47,897 nt of DNA from a virus (Duplodnaviria; Caudoviricetes). The stretch covers positions 1 through 47,897 of the IMG/VR virus record IMGVR_UViG_3300037470_000256. One strand, 5' to 3'. Position numbers and translations under genes: made by a program. Positions 41,031 through 47,897 of the stretch are shown one piece after another. The stretch's first letter is position 1; the number at the start of each line of letters is the position of its first letter. Under the pieces are notes generated by a model. The model worked only from the letters and a program-made list of their open reading frames with translations. It did no database searches and had not been told where the DNA came from.

Positions 41031-41950
41031 TGGCCCTCGTCGCTCCCGCTATCGTCTTTGACTCCGCTCAAGACATCTCGACGTGGACCGACTTCTCTAC
41101 GGCGTGCGGCGTCACCTCCTCCGTCACTGATCCGATCGGAGGCACCGGCGCTTACACGTTAGAAGATGATGGCGCGGCCAATTTCGAGGGACGGTATAAG
41201 GCCGTAGTGCTGGCCCAAAACGGCACGGTGACGGTCTATGTGTTTGCCAAGGCCGGAACGGCAACGGGGTTCATGGTGGGGCTTCGCGATAACACGGCGG
41301 GGACGTATGTCGGGTTGAGTGAGTACACCTGGAGCGGCGGCAGTTTTGTCACCGCTTCCGGGTCGGTCACCACGTTTACCCCGATCTTGGTGGGCAATAG
41401 CTGGTACTTATTCCGGTATCGGTTTCCGTCCGCCATCGCCGCGAACACCAACCGGCTGATCCTCTTCCCCTGCAAGAACGACGTGGCGCTGACAGGTACC
41501 ACGTCCTTCTATGTGCGCAATGTGGTGCTTGCGCCTGTAGTGGATGTTGTGGTGCGGCGACCGGGGTTCCTCTTTGGCTATGAGCATACCGTCGGAACCT
41601 CCGGGGTGGCAGATGCGTGGGTGCCGCCCAAAATCTACCGGATCTCGACGGACATCCGACACATCCCGGACTATGACGAGAACACGCCGAGTCAGGGGAG
41701 CGGGTTCGATGGGGCCAATGAACTGGCGGGCGTTAACTGTGGATGGGAAACCCTCATCATATCGGGATGCAACGCAGGGTCCATGCTCTGGGTACCAGAT
41801 CGCACCGACTTCACGACGTACAAAACTAGTGTCTACGAGGGGCCGCTGGACCCGGACGAGGTGCAGTTGGAGGAGAATAACCCGAACTATCGGCGGTTTC
41901 GGCTGAGCCTGTTCAACACCTCGGCACCGTTCGCGGGGTGGACATCGTGA
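41030..41950 (+). CDS. Distal tail-like protein with a probable carbohydrate-binding module
   Basis: Follows the tape measure; DPIGGTGAY...VFAKAG...GNSWY beta-sandwich motif. Confidence 0.5.
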   Translation: MALVAPAIVFDSAQDISTWTDFSTACGVTSSVTDPIGGTGAYTLEDDGAANFEGRYKAVVLAQNGTVTVYVFAKAGTATGFMVGLRDNTAGTYVGLSEYTWSGGSFVTASGSVTTFTPILVGNSWYLFRYRFPSAIAANTNRLILFPCKNDVALTGTTSFYVRNVVLAPVVDVVVRRPGFLFGYEHTVGTSGVADAWVPPKIYRISTDIRHIPDYDENTPSQGSGFDGANELAGVNCGWETLIISGCNAGSMLWVPDRTDFTTYKTSVYEGPLDPDEVQLEENNPNYRRFRLSLFNTSAPFAGWTS

Positions 41951-44736
41951 CTCTACTTCAACCGCAGTATCGGATGACGCTGTACGCAGCGCGGTCGGTT
42001 GATCCGGCCGAGACCACCGTGTTGACCCCGGCGGCTGGTGGGGATCATTCCGACAACTTCAAAGTCTCCACGATGCCGGTGCTCTCCGGCTTTCAACCCT
42101 ACCTCCACTCAGTGAGCGGTCGGTCCTGCCGGTTAGATCCACTCACCCGCACGGTGGACGTGGGGACGTTTGAAGTGACACTGATCGACAAGCGCAACTC
42201 CACGGGTAACGCCTCCCGCTGGGTGACAACGTTCCTCGGCAACGCAGCGGGGGCGAACCAACTCAACGGGCTGAAAGGGTATATCGAGGAGAGCACCGAT
42301 AACGGTGCGACGTGGGCGGCATTCCAGACGGGGCGCATTGTGGAGACCTCGTTAGATGACGCCAAGCCGGGGACTATGTTCGTGTTGCGCTTCCGGGACA
42401 TGGGCGCGGATCTGGACGCGGATTGTTTTGTGGGGCGGCCGCACGCCTCGGCCACCGGCCCAGCCCCGATGCAGGTCATCCCCGTCGGGCTCGCTGGAGC
42501 TTACGGCGACTTCAACGTGCAAACGCTTCTCTCTGGGACGGTCGGAGCCAGTACGGCGGGGACTGGGAAAATCATCACACTCTCCTCGGCATCGCAGGCG
42601 TCTGCCCGCAATTTCATAGACGACTCTCTCCGTCAGGAGGGGGTGACGTTCAACAACCCAGTGAACCCCCAATACACCGATTCGGCGCGGGTTTACATCG
42701 AGCGCGACGACACGGGAGATACCGGAGATTTGAGGCTGGGGGAGGTGGAGACGGTAGCGGGCTCAGGGATTGGCGGGTTTTTCGGCGCAAAGATCACGAA
42801 GAAGATTGTAGACGCACTGCCGGTCCTTGGGGATGCGGCAGTAACCTCGATCACCCGATCCGGCTCGACGGCCACGGTGACGACGGCGGCAGCCCACAAC
42901 CTCACCTCGGGCACCATCGTCACGCACGCTGGGGCGACCCAGAGTGAGTATAACGTGGCGGCGGCGGCGACAGTCACAGGTTCCACCACGTACACCTATC
43001 CCGTCTCCGGCACCCCAGCAACGCCAGCCACAGGGACGATCTACGCCTCCGAGTACAAGAACTTCATCCCGCTTCCGCCCAACGGCACAGATGTGCATTT
43101 CGCGTTGCGTTGGGTGAGTGCGCCCCCAACAGAGGAAACGCCGTTGTTCATCGACGACGTGCATCCGGTCACGTTTATCTCCGACATCATGGCGGGGTAT
43201 TACAGCTACCTCAACAACGACGGGTCGGTCAAACCCCGGTACGTTAACGCGAAACATGCCGCATCGTTCTCGACCTTCGCGGCGGACACCTCGATCCCAC
43301 CGTTGCGGAGGCGGATTAAGAAAACCGCGAAGAAGTTCGAGGTGATCGCGTTGGTCTGTCTGGAGGCTGGACTGGGTTATTTCATCAACGGTGCGGGTGA
43401 GGTGCAGTTGTTCGACATGCGCTTCCCCAATGCGGCCCTCTCGCCGGGAACCATCTCGGATACCGATCTGGTGGGTGATCCCAAATGGGAGCAGAGCCGG
43501 GAAGAGGCCATCCCCCGGCTGACGGTGTTGTACTACGAAGACGTGGAGATGTTGGCCCTCAGTAGCGACCGCTCCCCAAACACCGGTGGGGCGATTGGGT
43601 TCAGCATGACATCCTCGTTACTGGAAGTTCAGCACAAGGTCATCGACTGGGATTTCGGCAACCAGGATACCGGGGGCCGGGCCGTCACGATCGACGCGAC
43701 CGGCTACCGGCAGGCAACAGGTGAAACAGTCGTCTCGGGCACCAACGGGACGATGGACCGGGAGCCGTACATCTACGGGCTGGCGGCGGCACTGGGGCAG
43801 GAGTTGCGGAAGCCCTACGGCAATGGACCGCAACGGGTCACAATGACCTGTCGTCGCACCGCCACAATTACCGCCTTGACGGTGGGGGCGTGGGTGCTGT
43901 CCTCGGTGAGCAAGGTCCCAGACGCCTCCACCAACGAGCGGGGCGGGACCCGGCTCTACCGGGTGCTGGAAATCACCTATCGGGGCCTCTACGTCGATTT
44001 ACTGCTCCTGGACTCAGGGCCGAACTCAGTAGCCTCGGTGCCCTCGGTAGGAACGCTGGCGGCCGGGACCGACGCTTTCCACCAGATCAAGATCCCGATC
44101 ACCCAGAACGCGGCGGACGATCCGGTCATCCTCCGGGTGGCTATGACAGACACCGCCACCACGACGGCACCGGCGGACGACTCCGGGGCGTGGCACATCG
44201 TCACCCCGGACGGGCTCAAGACACCGAGAATCCTCTTCGACGGTACCTATACCGCCTCAAACCTCCCCGCGGGACAGAATGCCCACGTCCAGGCGCGGAG
44301 CGAACCTGCGCCCTCTCAGGACGCCAAGCTGCCTTCGGCGTGGGCGGTCTCCTCGGGCACCGATTACCAGGCCACCACGACGCTCGCGGCCCCTACATCC
44401 GTTGCCAATTCTAATGACACCCCGGCGAACACGGACACGGTGAGCCTGTCGTGGACCGTGGGCAGCGCCAATACCCCGATTGAAATCCAGCTCATCAAAA
44501 CCTTCGGGCTGGGGTCGGATGTCACCAACATCCCGATTCAGCCGGCGGGGAGCACCATCCTGATCTTGAACCCCTACCTCGGGCAGAGTACCCACTACCT
44601 GCCACGGGTGCGGCATGTGGACTTGCTGGGCGGTGTGAGCGCATGGGCCGACGCCAGTGCGGACCTGGAGATCGGGGTGTTTACGGGGCCAACGCTGACC
44701 CCGGTGGGGGCCCTGGTGCTCACTGAGGCGGCCTAG
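41947..44736 (+). CDS. Tail tip/baseplate hub protein
   Basis: About 930 aa; inserted SITRSGSTATVTT..HNL..G module and FN3-like C-terminus; GTG 41947 overlaps the upstream stop. Confidence 0.65.
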   Translation: MTLLQPQYRMTLYAARSVDPAETTVLTPAAGGDHSDNFKVSTMPVLSGFQPYLHSVSGRSCRLDPLTRTVDVGTFEVTLIDKRNSTGNASRWVTTFLGNAAGANQLNGLKGYIEESTDNGATWAAFQTGRIVETSLDDAKPGTMFVLRFRDMGADLDADCFVGRPHASATGPAPMQVIPVGLAGAYGDFNVQTLLSGTVGASTAGTGKIITLSSASQASARNFIDDSLRQEGVTFNNPVNPQYTDSARVYIERDDTGDTGDLRLGEVETVAGSGIGGFFGAKITKKIVDALPVLGDAAVTSITRSGSTATVTTAAAHNLTSGTIVTHAGATQSEYNVAAAATVTGSTTYTYPVSGTPATPATGTIYASEYKNFIPLPPNGTDVHFALRWVSAPPTEETPLFIDDVHPVTFISDIMAGYYSYLNNDGSVKPRYVNAKHAASFSTFAADTSIPPLRRRIKKTAKKFEVIALVCLEAGLGYFINGAGEVQLFDMRFPNAALSPGTISDTDLVGDPKWEQSREEAIPRLTVLYYEDVEMLALSSDRSPNTGGAIGFSMTSSLLEVQHKVIDWDFGNQDTGGRAVTIDATGYRQATGETVVSGTNGTMDREPYIYGLAAALGQELRKPYGNGPQRVTMTCRRTATITALTVGAWVLSSVSKVPDASTNERGGTRLYRVLEITYRGLYVDLLLLDSGPNSVASVPSVGTLAAGTDAFHQIKIPITQNAADDPVILRVAMTDTATTTAPADDSGAWHIVTPDGLKTPRILFDGTYTASNLPAGQNAHVQARSEPAPSQDAKLPSAWAVSSGTDYQATTTLAAPTSVANSNDTPANTDTVSLSWTVGSANTPIEIQLIKTFGLGSDVTNIPIQPAGSTILILNPYLGQSTHYLPRVRHVDLLGGVSAWADASADLEIGVFTGPTLTPVGALVLTEAA

Positions 44737-45027
44737 ATGGCGGGGGCAGGCGGCGGGGCGAGTGCCACCGGGATACGGGGGCGGATTACAAAAAACTCGG
44801 CGCTCAACGGGGCGGAGCTGGACCGCGATACCGATGTGGCGTTTGGGACAGCCGAGACGATCCAGACCTTTGCGACGGGAGAGTTAGTGCATAACTGGGA
44901 AGATTCGTTACCGCTCAATGATACGACCTATTACTACCGGCACCGGGAGACGCGGACGGGGTACACCGCCTCGTCTTACAGCGCGGGCGTGAGCGGGAAA
45001 CCCACCAACTTGAGCGGCCCGGCATGA
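44737..45027 (+). CDS. Small FN3-like tail protein
   Basis: TYYYRHRE...SSYS; starts immediately after the in-frame TAG of the hub gene. Confidence 0.55.
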   Translation: MAGAGGGASATGIRGRITKNSALNGAELDRDTDVAFGTAETIQTFATGELVHNWEDSLPLNDTTYYYRHRETRTGYTASSYSAGVSGKPTNLSGPA

Positions 45028-47429
45028 AGCCTCGGACCTATGGTCGCGGACGAACCCGGAAGCCTTCCTCAGCGGCGGCGAACACCGTCACGCTCGACGC
45101 GGGGAATAGCCAGTCCGCGACGGTGGGCCAAGCCGTGGCAACCCCCTGTTCCGTGCTGGTGAAAGATCAGTTCAACGCGGCGTTACCAGATGTGACGGTG
45201 GGCTGGAGTATCAGCGGAGACGGGTCGATTTCGGCTTCCAGTGTGACCAACGGGAGCGGGATTGCTTCTGCCACCCCGACACTAGGGACGCTAGCGGGGA
45301 GCGTCACAGTGACGGCGACGGTGAACGGGGCGATTGGGTCACCGGTGACGTTCACCCACACGGCAACGGCAGGGGCGGCGGCCGCCCTCGAGTTAATCAG
45401 CGGTGCCGGGCAGACGGGGAACACCTCGGCGCAACTGGCGGAGGATTTCGTGGTGCGAGTCCATGACGACATCGGGAGCGGCAACGGTGTCTCCGGGGTG
45501 ACCGTTGACTTCACCGTGACGGCGGGTGGGGGATCACGCACACCAACGAGCGACACGACAGACGCGGATGGACTGGCGGCCACCCGGTTGACGCTGGGAT
45601 CGGGGGCGGGTGCCAATACCCTGGAAGCGTCCAGTGCTGGCCTGACTGGCTCACCCGTGGTGTTCTCGGCGGACGCGACGGCAGGGACGCCGACGCAGAT
45701 CGTGGTGCAATCGGGCGGCTCACAGTCGGGAGTGATTGCAGGGGCAGCGGCGGCGCTCATCACGTTCCGGGTCAAGGACGTGGGAGATGCCGGAGTGCCG
45801 GATGTCACGGTGTCCTTCTCGGTGTCCTCGGGGGGTGGATCACGCACACCGGCTACCGACGTGAGCGATAGCAACGGGGATGTGTCAGTTACCCATACGA
45901 CGGGGACGACGGTTGGGGGGAACGAGATCCGGGCCACGGCACTGGGTGGAACGATCTCGGCGGCAACGACAACCACGACGGTGGCAGGGACACAGACACA
46001 ACTCGGCATTACCACGCAGCCGGAAAGCGATGTCGCCACGGGTGTGGTGTGGAACCAGCAACCCGCGATCCAGTTGCAGGACCAGTACGGCAACGCGAAA
46101 GCAACCAGCGGGATCACGATCACGGCGGCGATTAACACCGGTACTGATACGCTGGGCGGGACGCTCACGGCCAACACCGACAGTAACGGATTGGCGACGT
46201 TCACCGATCTGAGCATCACCGGCAATGGGACAAACACCCTGATCTTCACGTCACCGAGTCTGACTTCAGTGGTCTCGGGCAACGTGCAAGTCACGGGACA
46301 AGTGGCGGATCATCTCGGGTTTGTGCAGCAGCCCAGTACGGTAATTATCGACCAGCAAATCAGCCCCTCGGTGACGGTAGAAGTCCTGACAGCGGGTGAG
46401 GTCCGGGTAAGCAACGCGACCACACCGATCACGCTAACACTAGGCGACAATGCCGAAGGTGGGGCGTTGACGGGAGCGAGTGTGAATGCGGTTTCAGGGT
46501 TGGCGACGTTCCCTAACCTGACCCCTGACACCGAAGGATCATTCACGCTGATCGCGGATGCGGATGGACTCACGGGGGCGACCTCGAACGCCTTCACGGT
46601 GAATCCGATCCCGGCGAGCAACGAGCCCACCGATGTCACAATGGTGCAGATCGTGGGCTTGGAAGCGGACGACCTGACGACCGATCTCACGCTGGTGACG
46701 AACAGCCAGTACGGGGATACCGGGCTCACCATCACCAAACAGTCGGGCACGATTGTCAACCGTGACTTGAGTGGGGCACAGTCGTGGCGGGCCGCCGGGG
46801 TGGCAGTGATTCCCGTTCCGCCTATTGGCAGTAAGGCGCTCCAGACCGCATTCGGTCCCAGCGCAAACGAGGGGGCCAACGAGAAGGGCAAGCTCTCTAA
46901 GACGGGGATCACCGGGGCTAAAACGCTGTACCTGCGTGACTACATCCTCATCACCAGCAATTACAAGAACCACGGGGCGTCTCAGACTAAAACCCACAAC
47001 GTCTTTCTGACGGGCGGAGGAAATAACTGCGTCCCGGAGATTCGGGGCACGGGGACGAGCACCCTCTGGTTTGCGACGGAGATCCAGGGCAGTTCGCCGG
47101 CCAGTCCGTTAGGGCACCATCCGACCGGCAACACGGCAGGAACCACCGTCACCCGGAACCAGTGGCACAAAGTGGAGCGCGTGGTGGTGGGCGAAACCAC
47201 GGCGGGAGACGCGGACGGACATCTGACGCTGTTCATTGACGGCGTGGAGAAGTACCAGGTGACGGGGATTCGCTGGAACTCGAAGGCCAGCGTAGGGACC
47301 AATTTCAGTGAGGTAGCGTTCGACTGCTACTTCGGCGGTACCGGCAATACCAACCTGCCCACCGAACAGTCGTTATTCCGTACCGGGCTGTACCTGAGCA
47401 AGTCGGCTTCACGGGCGGCGGTGCCCTGA
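45024..47429 (+). CDS. Receptor-binding/fibre protein: tandem bacterial Ig-like domains plus a C-terminal lyase-like jelly-roll domain
   Basis: Repeats of GNSQSA..G...V.V.D..G..V.GVTV.F.V..GGG.......TD..G.A; C-terminus RNQWHKVE...DGHLTLFIDG...YFGG. Confidence 0.75.
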   Translation: MKPRTYGRGRTRKPSSAAANTVTLDAGNSQSATVGQAVATPCSVLVKDQFNAALPDVTVGWSISGDGSISASSVTNGSGIASATPTLGTLAGSVTVTATVNGAIGSPVTFTHTATAGAAAALELISGAGQTGNTSAQLAEDFVVRVHDDIGSGNGVSGVTVDFTVTAGGGSRTPTSDTTDADGLAATRLTLGSGAGANTLEASSAGLTGSPVVFSADATAGTPTQIVVQSGGSQSGVIAGAAAALITFRVKDVGDAGVPDVTVSFSVSSGGGSRTPATDVSDSNGDVSVTHTTGTTVGGNEIRATALGGTISAATTTTTVAGTQTQLGITTQPESDVATGVVWNQQPAIQLQDQYGNAKATSGITITAAINTGTDTLGGTLTANTDSNGLATFTDLSITGNGTNTLIFTSPSLTSVVSGNVQVTGQVADHLGFVQQPSTVIIDQQISPSVTVEVLTAGEVRVSNATTPITLTLGDNAEGGALTGASVNAVSGLATFPNLTPDTEGSFTLIADADGLTGATSNAFTVNPIPASNEPTDVTMVQIVGLEADDLTTDLTLVTNSQYGDTGLTITKQSGTIVNRDLSGAQSWRAAGVAVIPVPPIGSKALQTAFGPSANEGANEKGKLSKTGITGAKTLYLRDYILITSNYKNHGASQTKTHNVFLTGGGNNCVPEIRGTGTSTLWFATEIQGSSPASPLGHHPTGNTAGTTVTRNQWHKVERVVVGETTAGDADGHLTLFIDGVEKYQVTGIRWNSKASVGTNFSEVAFDCYFGGTGNTNLPTEQSLFRTGLYLSKSASRAAVP

Positions 47430-47897
47430 TGGCTATGTCGATTTCAGTCCTCACCGAGGGTAAGGACAACGGAGACGGCACGAGCAAAGCCACCGGCTCG
47501 GTCACGATGACCCCAGCGGCGGATCGGTTGTTCATTGTCATGATGGTGTCAACGAAGGCATCCACGACAGACATTCCGAGTAGCGTCACAGGGAATAGTG
47601 GGACGTGGACACAGAAATCGGCCTTCGCCTGCACCTCGGGAAGTCTTAAGCGGATCTCGGTTTTTTACTGCACCGACGCCAGCGGAACCGGGGGGGTCAC
47701 CTTCGATTACGGCGGTGTCACCCAGACCGGGTTCCAGTGGTGTGTCCTCCAGCTCGACGGGTTTGTGATGACCGGCACACAGGGGGCCGACGCCTTTGTC
47801 CAGACCAAGACGCAAAACAACACTACGAACGTCACCACGACCGGGAATGTGGCGTTCGATAGTGCGCTGACGGCGGGCAACGCGGTCATTGCCTTCT
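47429..47897 (+). CDS. 5' part of junction-spanning virion protein (continues at 128..405)
   Basis: ATG overlaps the upstream TGA; the frame is open to the window end and matches frame 1 at the window start. Confidence 0.8.
   Translation, partial: MAMSISVLTEGKDNGDGTSKATGSVTMTPAADRLFIVMMVSTKASTTDIPSSVTGNSGTWTQKSAFACTSGSLKRISVFYCTDASGTGGVTFDYGGVTQTGFQWCVLQLDGFVMTGTQGADAFVQTKTQNNTTNVTTTGNVAFDSALTAGNAVIAF
47771..47897. repeat. 127-bp terminal direct repeat (copy 2)
   Basis: Identical to bases 1-127. Confidence 0.97.

Noticed and set aside
45167-46912. Long minus-strand ORFs opposite the tail fibre (also 27782-28835 and 35205-35996)
   Set aside because: Shadow ORFs expected in GC-rich coding DNA; no motifs, and they lie opposite well-supported genes.
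41947-47429. Diversity-generating retroelement or invertible tail-fibre cassette
   Set aside because: No reverse transcriptase, serine invertase or adenine-mismatched template/variable repeat pair was seen; Ig-domain repeats differ at all base types.
47771-47897. Terminal repeat as a biological DTR or attL/attR pair
   Set aside because: It lies mid-gene, its 127-bp length matches a common assembler k-mer, and the GpA terminase plus cosQ-like site point to cos ends elsewhere.
1-47897. Genome-wide stop-codon reassignment
   Set aside because: Core genes are full length in the standard code and end in all three stop codons; only one suggestive in-frame TAG junction exists.

Overview
The window is an apparently complete, circularly assembled genome (about 47,770 bp; bases 1-127 repeat at 47771-47897) of a GC-rich, temperate, lambda-like siphovirus. 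Gene order: tail-accessory genes (41-47.9 kb, continuing across the junction to 3.2 kb), a lysis cassette (holin candidates, NlpC/P60 endolysin, spanin-like protein), a strand-interleaved accessory block, a TPR protein co-translated with a CI-like repressor, and a divergent switch. A long rightward early operon follows (Cro/Xis-like HTH, two ParB-fold proteins, RecT-like, RusA-like, xis-int-attP in mid-operon, many small cassette genes, initiator plus DnaB-like helicase). Then come HNH, cos, Nu1/GpA terminase, lambda-type portal, an S49 protease-major capsid fusion, and head-tail and tail genes with a -1 frameshifted chaperone. The most notable unexplained elements are: (1) a circularly permuted, anticodon-less tRNA mimic with bacterial Y-RNA (YrlA)-like topology at 15210-15329, bracketed by an exact 17-bp direct repeat, with a second tRNA-like RNA nearby; (2) a repressor-TPR receptor-small exported peptide locus that could be an arbitrium-analogous communication system in a probable diderm host (possibly Gemmatimonadota); (3) gene-boundary direct repeats suggesting cassette shuffling. 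All calls come from reading the sequence and remembered family motifs; no searches were run.
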